Assembly (NCBI GenBank): GCA_964481395.1 | Contig: CAYZYG010000003.1 | Coordinates: 30,535-94,534 of the forward strand | Length of the DNA: 64,000 nucleotides | Direction: 5' to 3' | DNA from: an uncultured Vicinamibacterales bacterium | Lineage (GTDB): Bacteria > Acidobacteriota > Vicinamibacteria > Vicinamibacterales > JAKQTR01 | Shown: one piece after another, positions 38,019 through 46,683 of the stretch | Layout of the letters: every line of letters starts with the position of its first letter | How positions within the stretch are numbered: the stretch's first letter is position 1 | The notes under the pieces: model-generated | The model's database searches: none | Seen by the model: only the letters and a program-made list of their open reading frames with translations | What the model was told of the DNA's origin: nothing | Position numbers and translations under genes: made by a program

Positions 38019-38930
38019 TCAGGCCACGTCGGCCTCGAGGCCGGCGTCGGCGAAGATCGCCAGCGCCCGGTCTACATCCTCGGCCGCCAGCGGAGCTGCG
38101 TCCGGCGGAGGCATCCTGCCGATCTGTTCGTACTTGTCGCGGCCGAGCGGGTGGTAGGGCTGGATCTGCACGCTCGATAGCCGGTGTGCGCGCGCGATGG
38201 CGGCAATGCCGCGGAGGTTCTCCTCGTCGTCGGTGAAGCCCGGAATCAAGGGGACGCGGAGGACGATCTTCGAGCGCGCGGCCGAGGCCAGATCGGCGAG
38301 GTTGCTCACGATCAGCCGATTGTCGGCGCCCGTGACGTGACGATGACGGCCGCCGTCGGCCAGCTTCAGATCGAAGAGGAACAGATCGACCGCGGGCTCC
38401 GCGTCCAGCAGAGCCCGCCGGCTCACGTGCCCGCAGGTTTCGACCGCCGTGCTGATGCCCAGCGCGCGGCAGCGTGCCAGCAGATCGAAGAGGAAGTCCG
38501 GCTGCTCGAACGGCTCGCCGCCCGAGAACGTCACGCCGCCCCCGGAGTTGGCGTAGAACTCCCGGTCGGCCGCCACGCGGGAGACGACGTCGGCGGCGGT
38601 CATCAGTTCCCCGGCCACACTGAGCGCCTGCGAACAACAGGCCTCGACGCACGCCGCGGTGTCGCACCGCGCGCACGTGGAGCGGTCGAAACGCACCGAT
38701 CCGTCCGTCATCTGGACGGCGCCGAGCGGGCACACCCCCGCGCATCGGAGGCAGGCCTGGCAGCGGGTCGCGATACGCCTGAGTTCCGGCCTGTTCGATT
38801 GCGATTCCGGGTTGCAGCACCAGGCGCACGACAGCGGGCAGCCTTTCAGGAACACGAGCGTGCGGATGCCCGGGCCGTCGTGTACGGCGTAGTGCTGGAT
38901 GTCGAAGACGAGTCCGGTCGTGCGGCTCAC
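38019..38930 (-). CDS. Glycyl-radical enzyme activating protein (radical SAM, PFL2-type with two auxiliary ferredoxin-like clusters)
   Basis: The GTG at 38930 overlaps the GRE stop (GTGA). DGPGIRTLVFLKGCPLSCAWCCNPE (CX3CX2C). CQACLRCAGVCP and CARCDTAACVEAC cluster motifs. SGGEP. Confidence 0.9.
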   Translation of the reverse strand: MSRTTGLVFDIQHYAVHDGPGIRTLVFLKGCPLSCAWCCNPESQSNRPELRRIATRCQACLRCAGVCPLGAVQMTDGSVRFDRSTCARCDTAACVEACCSQALSVAGELMTAADVVSRVAADREFYANSGGGVTFSGGEPFEQPDFLFDLLARCRALGISTAVETCGHVSRRALLDAEPAVDLFLFDLKLADGGRHRHVTGADNRLIVSNLADLASAARSKIVLRVPLIPGFTDDEENLRGIAAIARAHRLSSVQIQPYHPLGRDKYEQIGRMPPPDAAPLAAEDVDRALAIFADAGLEADVA

Positions 38931-41413
38931 AGGCAGTGCTCGGTCCGCCAGATCACCTGATCCTGCAGCGCCCGGCTCATCTCGACCCAGTAGGCTGAGA
39001 AGCCCGCGACGCGAACGACGAGGTCGCGGTACTGCTCGGGGTGGTCCTGCGCATCCCGCAGCATTCGCGAGTCGACGACGTTGAACTGCACGTGGAAGCC
39101 GGGCCCCGCGAAGTACGTCTTGATGAGCGCCAGCAGGTTCCGCGACCCCCGCTCGCCCGCGAGGGCGGACGGATGGAACTTGAGATTGAGCAGCCCCCCG
39201 CGGATCTGGGTGTGATCGACCTTCCGCGACGACCGGATGACCGCGGTAGGACCGTGCGTGTCGGTGCCGGGGAACGGCGACGTCACCCCGTCGGCCAGCG
39301 GCTGCGAGGCGAGGCGGCCGTCCGGAAACGCGCCGCACACCTTGCCGAACGGCACGGGCGTCGAGATCGCGAGCATCGACGGATCGTACGGTTCGCCGAG
39401 GTAGTTCTTCTGGCCTCTCACCCACGACACGTAGTCGGCGAAGAGATCGAGGAAGACGCGGTCCACCTCGTCATCGTCGTTGCCCCACTTCGGCGCGTCG
39501 AGGGCGCGCCGGCGCAGTTCGTCGTATCCCTGCCAGTTCGCGGCCACCGCCGCTCTGAGTTCGTCGAGCGTGCACGTGCGGGTCTCGAAACACAGCTTTC
39601 TGATCGCCGCCAGCGAGTTCGCCACGTTGACGAGGCCCGACGACAGCGTGGTCGGCGTGTGGTTGTTGGCCGCCCCGCCGTCGTCCATCGAGCGGCCGCG
39701 GGCGAGGCAGTCGCGCACGAACACCGAGCAGAACACGAGGGGCACCGTCTGACGGTGGGCCGCCATGACGTAGTTCCAGTACTGCTGCCACGTCCTGACC
39801 GCCGTGTGCATCTTGTCCAGGTAGGACTCCACGACATCGTCGTACGTGGCGACGGGCCGAGGGTCGAACAGGCGAATCGAGGTCGCCGGATCGACCCCGT
39901 CGTGCATCACGAGATCGATCACCTTGCCGTGGTTGACGAAGCCCGCCTGGACGACGCCGTAGGACATGCCGCCGAGGACCGGCTCCGTGCAGCCGCCCAT
40001 CGCGGCGTGCTTGCGCACGACATCGGCGGGAATGCCCGAGGTGGCCGTCTCGTGGGCCACGTACGTCTTCTGGTTGAAGAAGGCCGGATACCCGACGCCG
40101 GTCTTGACGCACTCGGCGGCCTTCAGCAGGAAGCGCTCGGAGAGCGAATCGTCGTACCACACCGACAGCGTCGGCTGGGTCATCTGCATGTTGATCTGCG
40201 CCTGCAGAATCGCCAGCGATACCTCATTGTCGGCGGGGCGGCCATCCTCGTCGACGCCCCCGAGGATCAGGTTCTGGAAGAGGTTGCCGTGCCCGAGCCC
40301 CTGCCAGCTCATGCTGGCGATGTACTCGATCTGGGTCATCTTCACGAACAGCTCTTCGAACAGCTCGACGGCGGCGTCGACGGTGATGTGCGGATCGGCC
40401 GCGTAGTACGGCCAGAGCAGCATGTCGACGCGGCCGGGCGAGAAGCCGAGGTGTGCGCCCTCGAGGTGTCCGAGCAGGTAGGTGAACCAGAAGGATTGAA
40501 CCGCCTCGCGGAAGTTCCGCGGCGGCTCGGCAGGCACCCTCCGGCACGTAGCGGCCATCGCATCGAGCTCGCGGCGGCGCCGCGGATCGGTTTCGAGCGC
40601 TGCCAGGCGCGCGGCTTCCCGGGCGTAGTTCGCCGCGAAGGCCAGCCCGCCTTCGAGCGCGCGACGTGCGGCCCGCCAGAAGTGCAGCGCATCGGCGTCG
40701 TGCGGCCCGGCCGGCCTGAACGTGCGGATGCGTTCGTCGATCTCAGCGATGACGGCCGTGTACCCCCTGGAGAGCGCAGCTTCGTAGTCGAGCACCAGCC
40801 GCCCCTCGGGACACGGGTCGTGCGGCGCGGTGTAGAGTCCGACCGCCCACCCGTCCTCGATGAACCGGGCACCCGGGAACGCCGACTTCCACAGGCGATC
40901 GCCGGCGGCCATCAGGCACTTGTCCTCCCAGTACTCGCAGATCGCGGCCAGCGCCTGGCAATCGGCGGGCGTGATCAGAAACTTGCCCGAGATAATCTCG
41001 TAGCCCTTTTCCTGGGCGGCGCGGCGGGCCTCCGCGATCCCGCCGCCGTGCCCCTGCTCGACGTGCTTCTGCTGCGCGTCCTGCTCCTGGCGGCGAAGCT
41101 CCCGCAGGAACGGCCCCGCGGCGTAGTTGGCGTACGGCACGGCTCCCCGGATGAAGCGGGTCTTGTTGCCGGCCAGGCGGTCCTCCGGATGGATCACGGG
41201 CGTGAGCTGCTCGAGCGCGTACGCGTGGTTGGCCGCCCGGCGCTCGAGGACTTCCATGCCGTCCGAGGCCCGATGCGCATCGGTGAGGCGGCTGATGTAC
41301 TCGATGTCGAGGACCAGCGGCGCGTCGAGGTAGCGGGCCTTGAGAAACGCCGTTCGCGGCGTGCTGGGCGTTCCGATGACTTCTCGCGAAGCAATGCGTG
41401 CGGCAAGGGTCAT
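38927..41413 (-). CDS. Glycyl radical enzyme, PFL2/glycerol-dehydratase-like family, substrate unknown
   Basis: 828 aa. Glycine loop VVRVAGFSAYWVEM near the C-terminus. Cys loop AAMGGCTEPVLGG (thiyl Cys plus Glu). N-terminal pattern as in PFL2-type GREs. Confidence 0.9.
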   Translation of the reverse strand: MTLAARIASREVIGTPSTPRTAFLKARYLDAPLVLDIEYISRLTDAHRASDGMEVLERRAANHAYALEQLTPVIHPEDRLAGNKTRFIRGAVPYANYAAGPFLRELRRQEQDAQQKHVEQGHGGGIAEARRAAQEKGYEIISGKFLITPADCQALAAICEYWEDKCLMAAGDRLWKSAFPGARFIEDGWAVGLYTAPHDPCPEGRLVLDYEAALSRGYTAVIAEIDERIRTFRPAGPHDADALHFWRAARRALEGGLAFAANYAREAARLAALETDPRRRRELDAMAATCRRVPAEPPRNFREAVQSFWFTYLLGHLEGAHLGFSPGRVDMLLWPYYAADPHITVDAAVELFEELFVKMTQIEYIASMSWQGLGHGNLFQNLILGGVDEDGRPADNEVSLAILQAQINMQMTQPTLSVWYDDSLSERFLLKAAECVKTGVGYPAFFNQKTYVAHETATSGIPADVVRKHAAMGGCTEPVLGGMSYGVVQAGFVNHGKVIDLVMHDGVDPATSIRLFDPRPVATYDDVVESYLDKMHTAVRTWQQYWNYVMAAHRQTVPLVFCSVFVRDCLARGRSMDDGGAANNHTPTTLSSGLVNVANSLAAIRKLCFETRTCTLDELRAAVAANWQGYDELRRRALDAPKWGNDDDEVDRVFLDLFADYVSWVRGQKNYLGEPYDPSMLAISTPVPFGKVCGAFPDGRLASQPLADGVTSPFPGTDTHGPTAVIRSSRKVDHTQIRGGLLNLKFHPSALAGERGSRNLLALIKTYFAGPGFHVQFNVVDSRMLRDAQDHPEQYRDLVVRVAGFSAYWVEMSRALQDQVIWRTEHCL

Positions 41414-41509
41414 GCTGATTCCCTGCGGTGTCGGGGGCGGCCTGCCACAGCGGCGGAGTGGACGACCCCGGCTGGACGACTGCAGTGTATCGCGTTTGGC
41501 CGGGTCGGG

Positions 41510-42100
41510 ATGAGAGGGGGGAGTACTGCGTCGGCCTTCCTCGACGGCCTGACTGCGATCGATCGGGCCGGACTTCTCGTGTTCGGTGGGCGGCCGACTC
41601 TGCTCCAGGCGCCGACGAGCGATGGAAGCCGGCTCGGTCGGTTGCTGCAGGCTGTCGAAGGCAGCGGGAGCACGGCTCTCAACGACGCGGTCTTCGCGGC
41701 GCTGCGATTTCGCCAGCCTGGCGACACGCGTGGAACTGTCGTCGTGTTCACGGACGGCGTCGACAACGTCAGTTGGCTCTCAGCGAGCGAGGTCATCGAG
41801 GTTGGGAGGCGATCCGACGCGATCGTTCACGCCGTCGTGATCGGCCGGGCCGGGAGCAACAACGCCCTGTTGCACGAACTCACGCGCGGGAGCGGTGGGC
41901 ACGTGTGGCCCGCCGCGTGGGGACCCAAGCTCGCAGATGCGTTTCGCGCGGTCCTCGACGACCTCCGCTCGCGCTACGTGCTCACGTACTACCCGAAGGA
42001 TGTCGGCACAGACGGTTGGCATGCGCTCGATGTCAAGGTACGGCTCCGACATGTCAGCATCACGCATCGGTCCGGGTACTACAGGCGGGAGCGGCGCTAA
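41510..42100 (+). CDS. vWA-domain protein of the acidobacterial VWFA-related family, apparently 5'-truncated (no signal peptide, no intact MIDAS DxSxS)
   Basis: ASAFLDGLTAIDRAGLLVFGG...GSTALNDAV...VVVFTDGVDNVS...LTRGSGGHVW...LRSRYVLTYYP...HRSGYY match the C-terminal two thirds of the family. Upstream in-frame sequence (CIAFGRVGMRGG) looks like a decayed DxSGSM region abutting the GRE start. Confidence 0.6.
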   Translation: MRGGSTASAFLDGLTAIDRAGLLVFGGRPTLLQAPTSDGSRLGRLLQAVEGSGSTALNDAVFAALRFRQPGDTRGTVVVFTDGVDNVSWLSASEVIEVGRRSDAIVHAVVIGRAGSNNALLHELTRGSGGHVWPAAWGPKLADAFRAVLDDLRSRYVLTYYPKDVGTDGWHALDVKVRLRHVSITHRSGYYRRERR

Positions 42101-42296
42101 TGCCCTGGAACCGTGATGCCTTGCAGAAGTCCCGGAGCGCGGCGCCCGGATGGCAAGGCGCGACGACTGAGCATACTGCCCGTATGTGAGGGAGGAGCAA
42201 CGCTGCCAGGCGGGCTTGTCGCACCTTCTGCCGGAGGTGGCTTCCTTCCACCAGAGGGGTGTCGCGTTCGGCGGCGACGCGCTGGACACTCCGCGC

Positions 42297-44774
42297 TCAG
42301 CGCACGATCTGCTGAAGGACCACGAAATCCGCGTCAGCCCGGGCCAGCAGCGGTCGCAATTCGGCCTCGACCGTGCCGGCGTCGGCGGGGCGTCCCGTCC
42401 GGCGGTACAGCGAGGCCAGCTGGGCCCGTCCGGCCAGCCAGAAGACCTGGGCCGCGCCGCCGGGATGACACACCAGACGGCTGTCCGTGGCCTGCTCGAG
42501 CACCCTCGCCGCCCGCGTCGACTCGCCCCGATCGGCCAGGGCGGACGCAATCTTCCCGGCCAGCCACAGCGTTCTCATGCTGCGGGGGGGAAGCCTGGTC
42601 ACTCTGGCGTGTTCGGCCTCCGTGATGGTCTGCTCGTCCGGGCTGGACGGGAATGCCATCACCTGCGGGAAGTTGCCGAGCAACCCCACACGAGCCAGCG
42701 TCTGCAGGTTCCGCGCGTCGGCTGTTCGGCCGCTGTCAGCCAGCAGCACGACCAACTCCTCGAGGGCCCGGATGTCGGTCGTGGGGATGACGCCCGGCCG
42801 GCGCGCCCGATCGTAGGCGCGCGCCACGTGGCTCCGCAGGGCACGGGTATCTCCCCGCCAGCGCGCAGCCTCGCCGAGGTAGACGTCACGCTCGACGCCC
42901 GCGGGCAGCAACTGGAATGTCCGCTCGGCATCCGCGACACGTCCGAGACCGAGGTGGAACAGCCCGGCGCCGACCAGGTCCGTGGCAGTCGCGTTGGCGT
43001 CGCCGGCGACGCCCGCCACGACGCTGGCGGCCCTCGGCAGATCCCCCTCGACCCAGGCTTCGCAGGCTGGGAACAGCCGGAGCCACGTACGAAACAGCGG
43101 GAGCGCGGCCGACGGATCGAGGGTGCGCAGCCGTTCGACGAACGGCCTCACCTCCGCCAGCGACATCGCTGATTCCATCATCGCTCGCGCGGCGGCGAGG
43201 TTGGACGTGAAGTCGTTCGGCCGCAGGGCGGCCTCGCGCAACGCGAGAGACCGGACGGCTTCACGGGGGCCGATCCTGCCGACCGCCATCCGCACGTTGC
43301 GCAAGCTCCAATGGTCGTCGGGGTAGAGCCGCAAAACCGTCTCGTACTCCGTCACCGCCTTGGCGTCATCGCGGATCATCGAGTAGTAGCTGCCGCGGAT
43401 GAATCCCCGCTCGCGTTCGGTGGTCTGGTCGGCCAGATCCCACGCGCGTCTCGCATGCGCCACGCACTCGGCTTCCGCGTGATCCGTGTTCCACAGGGCC
43501 CACGCCAGGAGGATGTGCGCCATGGCGAAACCGGGATCGGTCTCGACCGCCCGCGAGAGCAGGCCGACGGCGGTCTGCCACGCGCCCTCGTTCACAGCCG
43601 CCATGCCGGCCGTGTAGAGCTGGAGGGCATGCATCGAGGGCGTGGTGACCCGCTCAAGAGGCGGGCGCGAGCCTCGGATCCGCCGGGCCTCCTCCCCCAG
43701 GCTCGCGCGAATACGATCGGCGATGGAGCGCAGTGCCGCCGGCAGGGCGGCGACATCGGGCGCGCGCGCGTTCCCCGCGAACACCACCCGGCCGTCGGCC
43801 GCCGGATCGAGCAAGGAAACGGAGACGAGCAGGTCCGAGGCGAGCGTCTCGGTCCGGCCGATCACGAGACCCCTGATGCCCCCGTCGCGCCGGCACACCT
43901 CGAGACCGACGCCGGCGTCGAGGTCGGCGCCCGCCACCGGATATCCACCCGTCAGCAGGTGCCACAGCAAAACGCCGAGGGCGTAGATGTCGGCCTGCGG
44001 CGTGGCGGGGCCGTCCTCGAAGAGTTCGGGCGCCATGTAGAGCGGCGTGCCTCCCGAGCTGCCGCGCCCGGGCGACGCATCGGAGGCCGGCTGCCCCATC
44101 CCGAAGTCCATCAGGACCAGCCGGCCACCCCGCTCCCGCATCACGTTCCGCGCCTTGACGTCCCGGTGCAGCACGCCCGCCGCGTGCACCGCGGCCAGCG
44201 CACGGCACAGGTCGATCCCCGCCAGTGCGGTTTCCCGCGCACTGAACGGCCCGTGCGCCGTCAGTTCATCTTCGAGCGTCTGCCCGTGCACGTATTCGGT
44301 CCAGATGCCCACGCGGCCGTCGAACGTGCCGGCGCCGTGCACCACGACCACGTTGGGGTGGCGGACCGACGCGAGCAGCTTCCCTTCGCCAACGACGGCG
44401 GCCCCTGCGCCGCCCACCGGATGTGTGCGTCGCAGGAGCTTCAGGGCGACCTCGCGGTCGAGGTGCGGATCCCGGGCGCGGTAGACGTCGGCGAACGATC
44501 CCTGGCCCACCTTCTCGACGAGATCGAGCGGACCCCACCGGCAGGTGCCCGGGTCTTCGGCCTGGCCCGCCGGCGTCGGCACTCCGCTCGCATCCGGGGA
44601 GAGAGGCGCGTCCTGACTGCCTCGGTTCAGCGCGACGATGTCGGCGAGGGTCCTGAGCTCGGCCAGCAGGGCTGGGTCGCCGAGCAATCCGTCCGCCGCT
44701 TCGGCCTCCCAGTCGACACGTCGGCCGTCAAGGATGCGGCCCGCCAGGTCGTCGAGTCGACGGTCGTCGGTCAT
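42297..44774 (-). CDS. Ser/Thr protein kinase with C-terminal TPR-repeat domain
   Basis: Kinase motifs GQGSFADVYRA, VALKLL, HRDVKARNVM, DFGMG, GTPLYMAPE. About 500-aa helical-repeat C-terminus. No TM segment seen. Confidence 0.85.
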   Translation of the reverse strand: MTDDRRLDDLAGRILDGRRVDWEAEAADGLLGDPALLAELRTLADIVALNRGSQDAPLSPDASGVPTPAGQAEDPGTCRWGPLDLVEKVGQGSFADVYRARDPHLDREVALKLLRRTHPVGGAGAAVVGEGKLLASVRHPNVVVVHGAGTFDGRVGIWTEYVHGQTLEDELTAHGPFSARETALAGIDLCRALAAVHAAGVLHRDVKARNVMRERGGRLVLMDFGMGQPASDASPGRGSSGGTPLYMAPELFEDGPATPQADIYALGVLLWHLLTGGYPVAGADLDAGVGLEVCRRDGGIRGLVIGRTETLASDLLVSVSLLDPAADGRVVFAGNARAPDVAALPAALRSIADRIRASLGEEARRIRGSRPPLERVTTPSMHALQLYTAGMAAVNEGAWQTAVGLLSRAVETDPGFAMAHILLAWALWNTDHAEAECVAHARRAWDLADQTTERERGFIRGSYYSMIRDDAKAVTEYETVLRLYPDDHWSLRNVRMAVGRIGPREAVRSLALREAALRPNDFTSNLAAARAMMESAMSLAEVRPFVERLRTLDPSAALPLFRTWLRLFPACEAWVEGDLPRAASVVAGVAGDANATATDLVGAGLFHLGLGRVADAERTFQLLPAGVERDVYLGEAARWRGDTRALRSHVARAYDRARRPGVIPTTDIRALEELVVLLADSGRTADARNLQTLARVGLLGNFPQVMAFPSSPDEQTITEAEHARVTRLPPRSMRTLWLAGKIASALADRGESTRAARVLEQATDSRLVCHPGGAAQVFWLAGRAQLASLYRRTGRPADAGTVEAELRPLLARADADFVVLQQIVR

Positions 44775-44824
44775 GGACTCGTCATCGGACGCGTTGCATC
44801 TCGGCGGCCAGCCGGAGACCCACG

Positions 44825-45349
44825 ATGCCCCATGACTCGCCCCTCACCAACCGCCGCCAGTGGCTGGCTGCTGCCAGCGTCGTCGTCTGCCTCGCCGCGG
44901 CCGCCGCGACGACCATCGCGGCACCGCCAGCCCAGAAAGGCAGCAGGGCCCCCAAACCGCCGTCGACCACGTACACAGGTGCCACGGCCACCTTCGACTC
45001 CAACCCAGGGGACGGTATCCGGGGTGACGGCCAGCCCTATGTCGGCGATCCGGGCTCGAGTACCACCAAAGGCGCCTTCCTCGTGTCGTCGGGCACGTAC
45101 GACGACTTCAGGCTGAAGGTGGCGCCGAAGCCGGACGGTTCGCCGGACCGGTGGCTGACGCTGGACTTCAGGAACATGAGCGTTGCGCCGCCCAACCCCT
45201 GTGGCGGAACCAAGAGGCGTCCGATCGCGTGTCGCAAGGACTTCCTCGAAGTGACAGGCGCACGACGTCGACAGCGCCGGGAGTCCTCCGGAAGTCCTCC
45301 GGAAGTGCCCCCGCCTTCGGACGGGGGGGCCACCCGGCAGGCCCAATAG
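44825..45349 (+). CDS. Hypothetical secreted protein (Tat-like signal)
   Basis: NRRQWLAAASVVVCLAAAAATTIAAP N-terminus and plausible composition for about 140 aa. The C-terminal 30 aa are Arg/Pro-rich, so the 3' end is doubtful. Confidence 0.4.
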   Translation: MPHDSPLTNRRQWLAAASVVVCLAAAAATTIAAPPAQKGSRAPKPPSTTYTGATATFDSNPGDGIRGDGQPYVGDPGSSTTKGAFLVSSGTYDDFRLKVAPKPDGSPDRWLTLDFRNMSVAPPNPCGGTKRRPIACRKDFLEVTGARRRQRRESSGSPPEVPPPSDGGATRQAQ

Positions 45350-45536
45350 GCGGTACGACGGCGGACCCGAGCCTCCCGTTCGCGGTTTGCGAATCTCCCC
45401 GACACGCCGCGGGGCCGGCCTTCGCGGCCGGCCCCGGATGAGTCAGGACACCGAGCGCACCCGGCCGGCAGGCCGAGCCCTCGGATCGCAGCGAATGAAC
45501 GGGAGGCGAATCCGCGGTCAATCCGCGGCTACACAC

Positions 45537-46361
45537 TCAATCCCGCTTGCATGTGCTGGTCTTCGTCGCCAGATCGAACGTGCACGACTGGGTCACCCCG
45601 TTCACCGTCAGCTCGATCCTGACGATGTTCGTGCCGTCGAAGGTTTCCTGGCGCCGGACCGTCAGCGCGCCCCGATCGCCTGGGCCTTTCGTCACCGCCG
45701 TGTGCACGCGAACGCCCGAGAGCGGATACGCAGCGGAACGATCCGCCGGCCGGACGGGCACGACCAGGTTCGTCGTCGCGTCCTCGACGGACGTGTTCGT
45801 CGTGATCTTCGCCCCGTCCCTTCCGGTGACGGTCGTGACGATCGTGCCCTGCTCATTCCCGTTCAACGTGTGCGTCGTGGCATCGGGTCCCAGGCCCGTC
45901 GTCATCATCGTGCCCCGCCGGCTCACCGTGGCTGTGGCGCCGTTCTCGCGCGTGATGGAGCCCTCGGCCGTCGTCTCGGTGCGAATCGCGGCGGTCTGCC
46001 GGTTGCGCGCGGACTGGACGTTGCCGCTGGCGTCGTAGAGCGTGAAGCGCATCGTGAAGGTCATGCCGTCGCGCGTGCGCTCCGGGCACACGAACTGCCC
46101 CGAGGCCGGATCGAAGACGCACGGGTTCTCTGCGCCGGCCGGCGTGTCGGCGGCCGTGACCGCGAACAGCCGGGCGTCGGGATCGGCCAGACCGCCAACC
46201 GTGGTGGTCGGCGTGGAGGGCGCCGTGGGCGTCGGAACCGGCGGCGCCTGGGAGGTGGACGCCGACGACGTGGGTGCCGCGGGCGGACTCTGCTGGCTCG
46301 AGCAACTCGCCACCGTCACGACCAGGATCAGCAGAAACAAACCACGCCAGGTTGCCTTCAC
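45537..46361 (-). CDS. Hypothetical lipoprotein, Thr-rich
   Basis: MKATWRGLFLLILVVTVASC|SSQQ lipobox, Pro/Thr/Ser linker, Thr-rich beta-type body, two Cys pairs. Confidence 0.65.
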   Translation of the reverse strand: MKATWRGLFLLILVVTVASCSSQQSPPAAPTSSASTSQAPPVPTPTAPSTPTTTVGGLADPDARLFAVTAADTPAGAENPCVFDPASGQFVCPERTRDGMTFTMRFTLYDASGNVQSARNRQTAAIRTETTAEGSITRENGATATVSRRGTMMTTGLGPDATTHTLNGNEQGTIVTTVTGRDGAKITTNTSVEDATTNLVVPVRPADRSAAYPLSGVRVHTAVTKGPGDRGALTVRRQETFDGTNIVRIELTVNGVTQSCTFDLATKTSTCKRD

Positions 46362-46614
46362 AGATGCCTCCTCGAGAACAGGCCGGCCGGACGTCCGCAG
46401 ACGGGCCGTCCCTTCCGGATGCAGTGTTTAGACCGGACGGCCGGGCTTGAGGATACACCCGTTACCAGCCTCAGCCCTGACCGGCACCGGCGCGTTCCCG
46501 GAACGGGTCGGCCTCACGACCGGTCCCGCGAGGGGAAATCGAAGGCCCCCGGAAGGTTCGACAGGCAAACGCTCCGCCCTCGGATTCCGTCAAAGCCCAC
46601 AGGCCCCCGCCACA

Positions 46615-46633
46615 GGAGTGTTGTCACAACTCC
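46615..46633. promoter_or_regulatory. 19-bp imperfect palindrome (GGAGTGTTGTCACAACTCC, 2 mismatches; core GTTGT-C-ACAAC) 50 nt upstream of an ADOP permease gene
   Basis: Read directly. This ADOP paralog has no adjacent regulator gene. Confidence 0.25.
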
Positions 46634-46683
46634 GGGATCACCCCGGCTCTAGAGCGGGGGTCTTCTGCACGCGAGGCCAGCCC

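Noticed and set aside
39041-42100. 1019-aa plus-strand ORF, the longest in the track
   Set aside because: Most of it is antisense to the glycyl radical enzyme, whose motifs are unambiguous. Its translation is Arg/Gly/Pro/Ala-rich with no recognisable motifs, as expected for out-of-frame reading of 70% GC DNA. Only its last 196 codons (41510..42100, the vWA fragment) were kept.
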